From NCBI GenBank assembly GCA_002633005.1, contig NMRA01000056.1:691165-755164 (forward strand): a stretch of DNA of 64,000 nucleotides. The letters run 5' to 3'. The first letter of the stretch is position 1. Every line of letters starts with the position of its first letter. The notes beneath the pieces were generated by a model. The model was not told the origin of the DNA. It searched no databases and worked only from the letters and a program-made list of their open reading frames with translations. The translations under genes and the position numbers were made by a program. This DNA comes from Phoronis australis. Taxonomy: Eukaryota > Animalia > Phoronida. Positions 53,287 through 64,000 of the stretch are shown here, one piece after another.

Positions 53287-54075
53287 AACAAGAGCAACGC
53301 GGAGCGTTGAAATGCGACCACGAATGCATTGCAAATGGTGTGCTTTTAGGGTTATTTATTTGTATCATAGAAATGGCCACTAGATCACACAAAAACGTAC
53401 AATCCACCCAAAAACGGGAACATCCCATATTTCATAAAAATCTGTCAAGGAATTTAAGAGAAACGAAGGAAAACAGAATAAAATGAAAGTGCCACTTGTG
53501 GGCTCAGCGTCCGTTGGATCCGCCTGAAAGTCGTCGTATGTTATCTTCATATAAATTCAAAAACAAGATTTGAAAACAGCAAAAATGGCCACCAAGTGGC
53601 GCAAAATACCTCGATTCCATCCAAAAACAGGAAGATAGCGTCATCTCACCAATAGATGCCTATATTAAACATTTTATGGAAATCTGTTGAGGACCTTTTA
53701 AGATACAGACTGGTAAACATAAAAACTAGGTGGCGCAAACTACGTCAAATCCATCTGAAATCGGGATAGCGTCATCTCACTAATAGGTGCCTATATACCA
53801 AATTTTATGAAAATCCGTTCAGGACTTTTGAAGATACAAAGATAAACGTAAAAAACTAAAATTGCCACTAAGGGGCACACCAGTAGTCGGATCAGTCCAA
53901 AAGTTCGCTCATGCCATCCCATCCACGGAAGGAACACATGTGCAAAAATCCATGAACATACGTCAAGGCGTTTTGGAGATAGAGCAGCGAACGCCGGACG
54001 GATCCCAGACGGACTCCGGACAGACGGAGATGACAGCATAATGCGTCCACATATAAATATGTGGGCGCGTAAAAA
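53287..54075 (-). mobile_element. HINE/DINE-1-like element, copy 3 (internally deleted)
   Basis: Perfect end stem-loop caacgc-gga-gcgttg and terminal hairpin at ~54041-54070. CTCF-like cores at ~53377, 53492, 53589, 53724, 53865 (several degenerate). Confidence 0.8.
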
Positions 54076-55421
54076 GAAATTCATTATGGAAATGTTCAAG
54101 ATTTAGAATGACGTTTAACAAAAGTGTAACCCTATCTTCAACAATGCAAGATTAAGATTGATATATGCGGACAACCAGATTACCATCCTGAGCCCAGAAG
54201 GGCAAGTTCTTTTCAGTTTCACAGAGTTTACAGTTGAGAAGAATATGGCCATATGCCTGAAAGTCACCACACTAACTTGAAGTTAGGCAACTGTTGTTAA
54301 AATTGTATTTGAATTTGCTAGAGTTTAATGAAAGACCGCATTTTGACCTGAACAATACTATTTCATGCTTCCTGAGCAGTAAGAATTTCAAGTTTAGAGT
54401 GCTCTCAGCATCATGAAAAACTGCTTGAAATTTTCATGACATGGGTGATTGAGTTACATACTTTAATGTCGATCGAAAAAGAAACCTAACTGTCAACAAA
54501 AGAGAACACACTCTTCTGAAATCATGACTGTGAAACCAGAGAACTGCATAGGACACTGTTTCTCAAACCATGACGATCACATTGTTCAGCATATAGTTTA
54601 AATATTTTCTAGAAGGGAAGTTAGCATTGTTAAGAAGTTTATGAAAATGGTCGTGTGAACCACACTTCTTGAGGACAATTTGAGCCAACCGAAGCTATCA
54701 TAAACCTCAGCACAGTAGGAACAACGGTAGACTATAGTAACAAGTCAGAGCAGTTTGATAAAATAGTAGAGTTTCTCAAGGTGTTGAGGAGCACCTGTAC
54801 TAGTAGGCAGGTATAACACAGTAATGAAAATGTGCAAGCATAGTAAGTTGCTGCAACAAAATGTGTACTGGTGCTACAGTACAAGACAAAAGCCATTGGA
54901 AAACATACCATTTCCCCACCATGGCGGTTAATTTTGTTAAACGCAAAAATGGCTGGTAGTAGATATTATGGAGACAAAGTTTTAGTTGCACAACAGTTTA
55001 GTTACCTGGATATTAAAGTTGAAACTGGTCAACTTTTATTAATATCATGAACATTCCAATATGGCTCAAGGTCTACATTTTATTCCTTGGTAACTTTCTT
55101 GTTAATTTAACTTCATTCTCAGTGATGAGGGAATACTATTTAGAAGATGAATTCGGCTTCTGCCCAGCTGTCATGATGGAGATTTCCCGGTCACATTGTC
55201 TGAATACTTATGGCTTGTGCTGTACATACACACATCAGCTGGCAATAACTTTAATTAATTTACATTATGTGGAACAGGCTTCAGTAGTCTATATGCACTC
55301 AAAGTGGTTCATTGGATATTCTGGTATAATTTCTAGTCAGCTGCGCTGAGCATATTCTTCCAATTACTGTAACAAGGAGTGCAGATGCCAGAGATGTGAA
55401 GTATTAATTTGGCTCAGAGGA

Positions 55422-55857
55422 CAGTGGCCGGTTGCATGACACAGTCCCAAACAGGGACTGAACTAAGTTCCCTAAATTTACTGCGTATTTGCACGTTTGT
55501 GAATTTATTGTCCTATCTTATGCGGTTTGAGTATCATTACTATGCCGCCCAATTTTCTACTTTGATACAAGTCGAGAGTGAACTCTAGATTGAATTCTCA
55601 GTATTATTGAAAATAAGTAGGGATCTTTTCATGCAACGCCCCCAATTCAAGGACTAGGTCTCTACCTGTTTTGATTGAATTAAGGGCTCAGTTTTAGTTA
55701 TATTATTAGAAAATGCTATTATTCAAAGAGCTCAGAATAAAGATAATATTATAGAAAAAGTATTACATCTGAGCCTAAAGAACGAAACAAATACGCAGTA
55801 GATTTAGGAAACTTAGTTGAGTCCCTATTTGGGACTGTTTCATGCAACCGGACACTG
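55422..55857. mobile_element. MITE with ~68-bp imperfect TIRs; degenerate relative at ~62820-63130
   Basis: cagtggccggttgcatgacacagtcccaaa... / ...tttgggactgtttcatgcaaccggacactg; no TSD seen. Confidence 0.8.
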
Positions 55858-55962
55858 AAGTTCTAAATCCAGGATGTTCAGAAACAGTAATTTTTTTAAA
55901 TGAGTATAATATCTTCTTCAACCATAGTGTTAAACACACAGATAACATTAAAACAATTTTAT

Positions 55963-56358
55963 TGTTATAAGTAAAATCAAATTACTCAGAGTCCAAAGAT
56001 TTAAAAGTTCAAACGTTTCAGACTGTATTCTGCAGCGTACTGGCGTGGGAGAACATCTGGGAATCTCCGGCCATACTGTATGTGACAAACATGCCAAGAT
56101 CCTGGCCAAAGAGGAGAACTGGATCTCAAGGAAGATTAAAGAGTCCATATACATGAAGACCAACAAGCCTACAATGAATCGTGATCAAGGATTGCAGCTT
56201 CCACCAATCTATGACGGCATACTACTTCCGGAGAACAGAATGACCGGAAACCAGGGCGCCCCCCCTACCATTTGTTGATCAAGGACTGTAGAATACAGTC
56301 CAAAACGTTCAAACTCTTAAACCCTCAGTATCTGAGTAAGTTGATTTTGGTTATAACA
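55963..56358 (+). mobile_element. 5'-truncated Penelope-like retroelement: C-terminus of GIY-YIG endonuclease plus pLTR, preceded by an inverted partial pLTR
   Basis: GEHLGISGH...KILAKEENWISRKIKESIYM...PTMNRDQG..LPPIYD fits the Penelope GIY-YIG C-terminal pattern. 55963-56035 is an inverted copy of 56286-56358. Confidence 0.85.
56275..56309 (+). ncRNA. Decayed minimal hammerhead ribozyme core of the Penelope pLTR (probably inactive)
   Basis: TTGATCA-A-GGACTGTA-GAA-TACAGTCC-AAAAC versus consensus CTGANGA-N-stem II-GAAAC. The inverted copy keeps GAAAC. Confidence 0.55.
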
Positions 56359-56744
56359 TACCTTCACCGAGACCATGAAGAGCCTTTTTTCAATCAATTT
56401 TTTATTGTTGGAAAAAGAAACTTCACAAATGTTTTGGAAGCCCAAAGTGAACCTTTATTCGGAGAATTAAATCAGAAAATGCATCCATTCAAAGGAAAAC
56501 TTGTCATGAAAAAGTTCCCTTCTCAGCGGCACATCCCATAATACTTCTTCTACTGGTGAGAGTAGACTCAGGATGAAATCATACAGTCTCCAGAGAATTA
56601 TCTAGAAAAGAAACAATGTATAGACCATACTTCTAAAGATCGCAAGTGACAAATAGAAAACCCAAAACAAATTGAATTAATGAAAGAAAATTGGTCTTAA
56701 TGTGATACTTTGACAGGTTCCTGAGAGGCTAATCCTATAAGAAC

Positions 56745-58024
56745 ACAAGAACAACGTGGAGCCTTGAAATGCATCCATGAATACCGCAAACCTTGTGCTT
56801 CTAGGGGTGTTTATTTGTCATAAAAATGGCCACTAGATGGTGCAAAATACTTCGAATCCATCCAAAAATGGGAAAATGTCACTGTTTCTTTAACAGAAAG
56901 CTTACCACATTTCATGGAAATCTGTCAAGGAACTCCAGAGAAACAGAGGAAAATGGAAAACAATGAAAAATTGCCACTATGGCGCACAGTATTCGTCAAA
57001 TACATCTGAAAGTCGCTGTTTTCCGTTGTCAACTTCATATAAAATACACTTGCTAAATTTAATAAAGATCCTGCAGATGGCTTAGGAAATACAGCTATGG
57101 GTGCAACAAAAACTGCCACTAGGAGGCACCACAGTATCAAAGTCTTTGGAAAATCATCAACCATCCTCTCCGCACTAAGAACATATAAGCCAATTTTCAC
57201 AATTTTCCTAAGAGTAGTTTGGTTGACACAGGGTGGAGGCCAAAAACATACTAGAAAACAGTAAAACTGGACAATAGATGACGCAAAATACGTCGAATCT
57301 GTCCGAAAACGGAAAAAATGCCGTCATTTCTTTAACACAAATCTATTTACCAAATTTTATGAAAATCTGTCAAGGAACTTCAGAGAAACAGATTGAAGAA
57401 AATGCAAAAAATGAAATTGCCACAAGGGGAAGCAGTGTTGGTTGGATCCGTCTGAAAGTCATCGTCTTCCGTTGTCAACTTCATACAAATACAGTCTTGC
57501 TAAATTTAATAAAGATCCTGCAGAGGGCTCAGGAGATACAGTTATGGGCGCAAAACACAAAACTGCCACTAGGAGGCGCCACAGTAGTCAAAGACATCCG
57601 AAAATCATCAACCATCCTCTTCATAGTAAGAGCATACATGCCAATTTTCACAATCATCGTTAGAGTGGTTTGGTTGATAGAGGGGCGGACGCCAAAAAAC
57701 TCGAAAATAGTAAAAATGGCGCAAAATGCCTGAACTCCAACTGAAAACTGAAGGATAGCGTCATCTCATTAATAGGTGCCTATGTGCCAAATATCATGAA
57801 AATTGGTTGAGGACCTTTGAAGATGGAGAGGCAAACGTAAAAAACTAAAATTGCCAATAGGGGCACAGCGGTATTCGGGTAGGTCAGAAACTCGTCGCCC
57901 TCTGGGAACACACCTGCCAAATTTCAATAAGATCCTACAAGGGGTTTAGGAGATACAGCCGCGGACGCCCAAACAAAGATGACGGCAATATGCACCCACA
58001 TATAAATATGTGGGCAAGTAAAAA
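56745..58024 (-). mobile_element. HINE/DINE-1-like element, copy 4
   Basis: Same termini, more diverged. CTCF-like cores at 56830, 56974, 57116, ~57270, 57420, 57566, 57854. Confidence 0.8.
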
Positions 58025-58679
58025 CTGAGCTTTGCTACAGTAAAAATTCTCCAGTTTCGGTCACTTTCTAAATTTGGAACACCGAAATTCACGCCAAAAT
58101 TGAATTTTCATGATTTTGAAGATTGGGACATGTACAATTTCGGCATTCATCATATTTTGCTAGTCTGCATTGAGCCTAAAAAGAGACTGGACAGTTAAAA
58201 AGAAATATATTGAAAATAGCTGCCGAATAAAATGTCTTCATGCATCCCCATAGTTTATAGCATCGAGGTGAATGGTCATTCATTGCGGATCGTAATTCTT
58301 GAATTTGGGTAGGTTAATATTGCCTATTTCTAAAATTTGGTACGAATTCTTACCTAGAGAAAAAAAATAATTATTTTTTGTTGCCCTTAACAGGAGGAAT
58401 GGTAAACTCCACTTTAAGTAACACTTAAGTGGAGTGTAACAAGCAATGTCATTGGCGGACAATTAATTTGTAGCTAATCCAACTCGAGCTCATCTGCTCC
58501 GATCAACACGTCAAGGAAAATCAAGGAAGCTGTTTGGTCTAACTTGTTTTCCGTTAATATTACATTTACCAAGTTTTCAAGGAAAATACAGTTGAGTGCA
58601 AAAGTAAAACTAAAATTACGAACAAAAAATTTACCTCAAAACTGAAACAAATGTTTTTCTTTTGCCCATGGAAAAAGTA

Positions 58680-58807
58680 TCAACTTCTTCTAGCTTTTCT
58701 CATTCTCTGTTTTCCAAGAGTGGGTCCATTTCGTCTCCTGTCTTTCTCGCTGGACAATTCGCTTTGAGCCTCGTCTGTAAGATTACCCAGTGAAGCAGCA
58801 TCTTGAT
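58680..58807 (-). CDS. Gene 2 last coding exon: (D)QDAASLGNLTDEAQSELSSEKDRRRNGPTLGKQRMRKARRS*
   Basis: Strong acceptor tttgttttttattctcag|. The phase-1 frame stays open to TGA at 58680-58682 and encodes an acidic then basic cytosolic tail. Confidence 0.7.
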
Positions 58808-59853
58808 CTGAGAATAAAAAACAAATGAATAATGACAGACGCGAAAATAAATCAAAGACAAGAATGTCTTCTGGTAGAACTTTCTACAGATAGTGAAAAT
58901 CGTTGTGTGCGCATCACAGAGCATGGACTTGAGGGATACGAATCTTCTAATTCAGAATCCAGAAAATGTAAAGCACGCAACTGTCTGCAAGGTAAACTGG
59001 CAATTTATTTTATATGTTACCCCTTTACTTTCCATAAATGAAGTGATCTCTTTTGATAATATATCTAAGACTGCTGGCAGTGCTGATCGGGATAGCCACT
59101 TTCTCACCCTTTGTATACTTGATGTCTCCTGCTATCTGTGAAAACTTCAGTGAAAACAGGCTAGGGTGCCCCCTAGTGGTAGGTAATTGAATCTTTACCA
59201 CAGGCCATAGAAAACGTACCACAGAACTCTCCAGGAACGTAACTATTGCCACTCTCTATACACAACACTTGCCACACTTATGGTAGTCTCATCAGATTAC
59301 AACCACCCAATAAGAATTGAATTTCAGAACTGGAAGTGATTTAGAAATACCAGCGATTGCGATCTTGTGGTGATTGTATGTTGAAGAACATTAGTGAACC
59401 CAGACCAACCTAGTGTTCATAACTCAAGATTAAAAATCAGCGTAAACAGACGCATTAGCAACGAAATTTGCTTTTACACGATTCTCCTGATGCCGAACAC
59501 AGGGTTGGCATGACGCGAGTTCATGTACGTCCACTTGTATTTTCATGGCACTCACCGAAACCGTGCCTAGTAAAATGTATTCACAGGTGTAAGTCAAGCT
59601 GCATGTTTAGGTTCTGGGCACGTGGCAGGAGTCTGTGGCAATTGTTTGTGGAATGTGGCAAGGGTTTCACTGTGTTGTAAAGATTCGACTACCATACCAT
59701 ACCGTGTGGCACTCAAAATGTGATATCAAGAATATGTGTTGAAAATTTAAACAAAGCACAACTCTTCTGTTCAACCACGTTGTGTTGTTCTAAACTCAGG
59801 GAGCTTTACCATAGTGCCACTATTATTGGGAACACACACTGCCACGAAGGCAG

Positions 59854-60206
59854 AAATCATCAGAATACCAAGATGTCTACTCCTGTCCAATAAAGAGGTG
59901 ACAATCTTTGCATCTCAAAGTCTACTAAAATCATTAGAATACAAAGATGCCTATTCCAATAAAGAGATGACAATATGTGCACCTCAAAGTCCACTAAAAT
60001 CATTAGAATACAAAGATGCCTATTCCAATAAAGAGGTGATAATATGTGCACCTCAAAGTCCACTAAAATCATTAGAATACCAAGATGCCTATTCCAATAA
60101 AGAGGTGATAATATGTGCACCTCAAAGTCCACTAAAATCATTAGAATACCAAGATGGCTACTCCAATAGAGAGGTGATGATCTGTGCACCTCAAAGCCCA
60201 CTAAAA
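59854..60206. repeat. 69-bp minisatellite, ~5 units, intronic and directly adjacent to the gene 2 splice donor
   Basis: Units start at ~59854, 59928, 59997, 60066 and 60135. Confidence 0.95.
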
Positions 60207-60213
60207 CACTCAC

Positions 60214-60272
60214 CTTCCAGTAAGTCACCCGGCTCCTCTAACAGAGATTCCCTTGTTTTCTTGTAGATAAAA
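60214..60272 (-). CDS. Gene 2 penultimate coding exon: FIYKKTRESLLEEPGDLLE (basic stop-transfer residues after the TM)
   Basis: Acceptor aatttcttttcag| and donor AAG|gtgagt. 59 nt, phase 2 in, phase 1 out, in frame with both neighbouring exons. Confidence 0.72.
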
Positions 60273-60478
60273 CTGAAAAGAAATTAAGTCTCATTTACAA
60301 ATCTTCCTAAACATGCTTCGGTTAGAAATTAGTGAGATTTTACTGCATGAAGAATGATTTACCAAGATCAACTAGGCTTTCCAAATTTTCTTGACATCTG
60401 CATTGCAACCCTCTATGAAACAGTTTGCAGCAAAACTTTAAACTGGCATCAGAATGACAAATAGCAAACTAATCTCAA

Positions 60479-60940
60479 GGTTATGTAGAACTGTATTTAG
60501 CCAAATATTTAGAAAACTGTGGATCTTACCTCAGTAAAAGTAAAAATTTTATGAACGTAAAAGACCTGCAGAATTTGATTTTTGACCTTTTACAAACTTG
60601 TGATTGCTTGAATCACGTGACCATGTCTTTTTAGTAAAATGTAGTAAACAAGAAACATTTTTAGCAAAACAACAGTATCAATAACAAAACCAAATTCCAT
60701 TTGATATACATGTTCAAGATGATTCATTTTATTGTTTTAATATACAACCTTTAAAGTGCTATTTTGATAGTCCTTCATGCAAGAGAGGTCCATTTTACTA
60801 ACAATTTCTAATAGTGTTTTGGAAAATGTTGGATAATGCGTACAATCTGAAAGTTTCATATGAATCCGATCAGCCATTTCTGAGAAAAAATGTCCCAAAG
60901 TTAGTCAAATATGCACATATTTCCATGGTCGTACATAACC
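60479..60940. mobile_element. Kolobok-like MITE
   Basis: tcaa|GGTTATGTA ... TACATAACC|ttaa. A TTAA-type target with purine-purine 5' termini fits Kolobok rather than piggyBac. Confidence 0.7.
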
Positions 60941-62558
60941 TTAACGTAATCGTGCATTAAATATGGCAACATTCTAAAACTATCAACCGGATATAAAGCA
61001 CCGATATATAATGTTGACTCAGTCGAACCAGTAATGTCATCTATTATATACTTTGTTTATGAGATAAATTATGAAAAAATGTTAGCCGAGTGCATTTCAG
61101 ATAGTTAGCATCCGGGAAGTAGCTACGTTGACCGCACCTATTTAGTACACAATAAGATGGAATCCTAGAAATTTCCCGTCAAATTTTTTGGCACAAATAA
61201 TGACAAGGAAATTCTTCTTCCTTAGTAAATGAAACAACACTTTTCACTTACTTAACACGACATTGTAGGCAGCCTAACTTTTGGCAACTATTTTTGTGCA
61301 AAATAACTGTGGAATTACCGTACACAAATTCATTACGAATGACCCTTTTGGTTCCTGGTCAGCAGATAAAAAGACTAAAAAGGCAGCATTATCTCAGGAA
61401 TAAGAATAATATGGGCACGTAAAATTCTGATCGAGTTCCCAATAGAGGCTGAGCCACACCTAGTAATCTCTTCTGACTAGTGATTCATTGATCGTAGTCT
61501 CTCGTGACTACTGATTCATCATAAAAATGATGTCAAGTAACGTAGCAACAAAGCCCGGTTCTCTAAACAAGGGCAGTGTGGACATAACAACTATCCTTTA
61601 TTTTAAATACAGAAGTCCATTCTTCGGTTGACGTCAGGCAGAGCCATCTATATTAATATAGGAAAAACCCCACTTCTGAATCCCGATACTGAATTTCTTG
61701 CCTACGTCATTTTAATGATAAGAATAAGTCGTGCATTTCACTTTGTTTAGCTGGCTAGAAAATGAAAACCGAATTGGGCTTCTTACATTCATAAAATTGG
61801 TCTCATAATATTCCTTATCATGACACTATTCTGTAGCTGCTACAAACAACATCAGCAACTCAAGAAAACCCTTCTGACTTGTTGATACGTCATACAAAAC
61901 CTTAACCATCCCCATACGACCAGGTTACATAATATTAGGTAACGACTAGTAAGGGGGTACACACCAGGGGACTGTAAAATGTCATAATTTCACCAGATAT
62001 TTTTATACAGAGAGTCTAAACGGAGACTTGCACCAGAACTCATGACTGGTCATTCGTCTCCAGTTAGGCTCCATGTAAAAATACATCACAAAGTTACGCG
62101 TCAGTTTAGTGAAACAGGCTCACGTCACAAGGTACAGCCTCAAGTACGACATCAGAGTAGGAATTAGGAGTTTAGAATCAAAAGTTATGTCGACAGCATA
62201 TCCTTGAACCTAGAATCTATTGTTAGACCATAACTGTTTGTGAAAGTGGTAGGTGTTTATTACGCTGGTGGTAACAAAGCACGCTACAAGGCCGTGTTGA
62301 TTAAGTATTTTTATTCTGTCCCTCATTTTGATCCTCTTACATCACCTGGCCATAAATTAGCCATGTTGGTCTAAGCAATGGATAAGACACGTGGTAAGAA
62401 GACGAAGCCAATACCAGACACTCCGCCAGAAACACAGAAGGGAGAAGTATCAAGTATAGACCAAAAAGTGAAAGGACAACGACTGACTAAACTTACAAAG
62501 GTCCAAGTGTCAGCGTCTCAATCGTTTGTACCAAAAGAGAATGATTAAATATACTCAC

Positions 62559-62629
62559 TTGAAAACTTTGCCCATTGCAAAACCAAAACCTGCGAGTGCC
62601 AAGACAAGAAGAGCTTGAATGATGACATT
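62559..62629 (-). CDS. Gene 2 exon: transmembrane segment NVIIQALLVLALAGFGFAMGKVF(N); upstream exons lie outside the window or were not found
   Basis: Acceptor poly-T+cag and donor AA|gtgagt. 71 nt, phase 0 in, phase 2 out, hydrophobic helix. Confidence 0.7.
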
Positions 62630-63195
62630 CTGAAAAAAAAAAACGGTATTTCGTGAATCGTTATGTTGAATGGATAACATGGTAGTTGCGGGTAAACCAA
62701 TAGGGCAAAATTTTTCATTACATTTAACTCTCGCTTACACTGATGTCTCTACCAGTGGTTATGCAGGTGGGTAAGTTTTACCCTAGTCAACTTTTAAACA
62801 CTTCAGACAACTAGACATCTTTGACTATTTGGATGAAACAGACCCAATAGGGACTCAATTATGTTGCATAAATTTTCCACACATCTGCTATTTTATTTTC
62901 ATTGGTATGTCAAGTTTTAGCTTTAATACTTTATGAGAGTAATATTAAAGGACATTTTCACGCAACGCCCTAAATTAAGGACTTTATTTTCATTGAAATA
63001 AGGACCTAATATTCATATGTATTTATGAGAAATGTCATGATCAAGATACAGTGATAGAAAACTATAACATAATTGAGTCCACAAACGCACTAAAAATGTA
63101 GGGAACATAGTTTCATTCAGCCAGACATTTAACTCCAGATCACTAACCTACTCTATGAATATGTAAATCTTCAAATGGTGTGGAAATATAGAGAA

Positions 63196-63290
63196 AAACA
63201 TTTTAAGTCTGGTCTGCACGCCACCTGTTGGTCACATTAGGTTATGTGATGTGGCCAACAGGTGGCGTGCAGACCAGGCTCAAAATGTTT
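63196..63290. repeat. 95-bp hairpin with 44-bp arms (4 mismatches) and 7-nt loop
   Basis: aaacattttaagtctggtctgcacgccacctgttggtcacatta / tgatgtggccaacaggtggcgtgcagaccaggctcaaaatgttt. Confidence 0.9.
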
Positions 63291-63580
63291 GTGACACACT
63301 TTGTGCAGTATTTCACAGAGTATGACTAGCTGAGTTGTAGTGCACAACTCTGCCCATCAATACCTTGAGAAACAGTCATCAGCGAAGGTACACGTGAACC
63401 TGTAAGTATTTCTATTACATTAGCTTACTGCTTTGGAAAACAAAATATATAATATATTTTTATAATAATGGGCTGTTTCAATGCAGCCAGGGCTCTGTTG
63501 CATGAGTGAGTTAAGACAGACACTTGGTCTTATGCCCCTACTTGACAATTGCTGAAAAAAAGTTCTGCCAGGCAATTATG

Positions 63581-63820
63581 AGAGGTGGCAATGCGGCGTA
63601 CTGGGAGAAGTGCCTGCTTCCTTTATTCAGTTGTGGGTTCGAGCCTCACTGGAGCACACTGCTAGACCCTTGAGTCAGGTCTCTAGCGCCTCAGGTTGGT
63701 TTAACACTAAACATTAATAAAGCATAAAAATAGTTCAAGGTGATCAGTGCAATGGGCCCAAATGAGCGACCTGCGCGTGTCTGGTACGTGTACACGTACC
63801 AGACCGCCTGCAATTATTTT
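63581..63820 (+). mobile_element. tRNA-derived SINE, copy 2
   Basis: Degenerate A box cggcgtactgg and B box GGTTCGAGCC; homologous to 17731-17957. Confidence 0.75.
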
Positions 63821-64000
63821 CTATAATTATGAGCGCATCAGTCTAGAAATAATTAATAGAAATTTTCCCATTAACTAGCACTTAAACATACATTCAAAAA
63901 GGCTTTGCACTTTTCACAAGTGAGTCTAAACTCACTTTCAGTAATGGTTGCGAGGAACGCAACACCAAATTTCAGTCTTAAGTCACTTTTTCATGAAACA

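Noticed and set aside
57278-57733. 151-aa ORF and similar ORFs at 10217-10836, 23476-24669, 53193-54099 and 56925-57663
   Set aside because: They lie in the non-coding HINE tandem units; frames differ between copies and no RepHel motifs are present.
59814-60266. 150-aa repeat protein ORF
   Set aside because: Arises from a 69-bp minisatellite, antisense to and overlapping a real exon; no splice or homology support.
62345-62482. Additional hydrophobic exon of gene 2
   Set aside because: Weak splice sites, hydrophobicity explained by T-richness, and exons 62559 and 60272 already join in frame.

Overview
This is eukaryotic, AT-rich, repeat-dense DNA with assembly gaps. It looks like a heterozygous bilaterian invertebrate (inference). 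Almost all ORFs in the supplied track are spurious. Reading splice sites by hand gives two minus-strand genes. Gene 1 is the 5' end of a secreted or membrane Ig-domain protein resembling gp130/CRLF1/Domeless-type class I cytokine receptors: coding exons 6188-6269, 1502-1656 and 212-353 are phase-compatible, with a candidate non-coding exon at 49188-49313 and a candidate promoter near 50.3-50.5 kb, which would imply a ~43-kb intron. Gene 2 is the 3' end of an unidentified membrane protein (exons 62559-62629, 60214-60272, 58680-58807). The rest is mostly non-autonomous mobile DNA: four DINE-1/HINE-like Helentron elements, pogo/Tc1-like elements, elements with 5-bp target-site duplications (TSDs; hAT5-like), Kolobok-like MITEs, two tRNA-derived SINEs, a Penelope remnant with a decayed hammerhead, and minisatellites. 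The most striking signal is in the four HINE-like elements. Each carries an internal ~145-bp tandem repeat in which nearly every unit holds a CTCF-consensus motif (CCACTAGRNGGCRC). All motifs and all four elements face the same way, suggesting a transposon-borne, regularly spaced array of candidate insulator sites.
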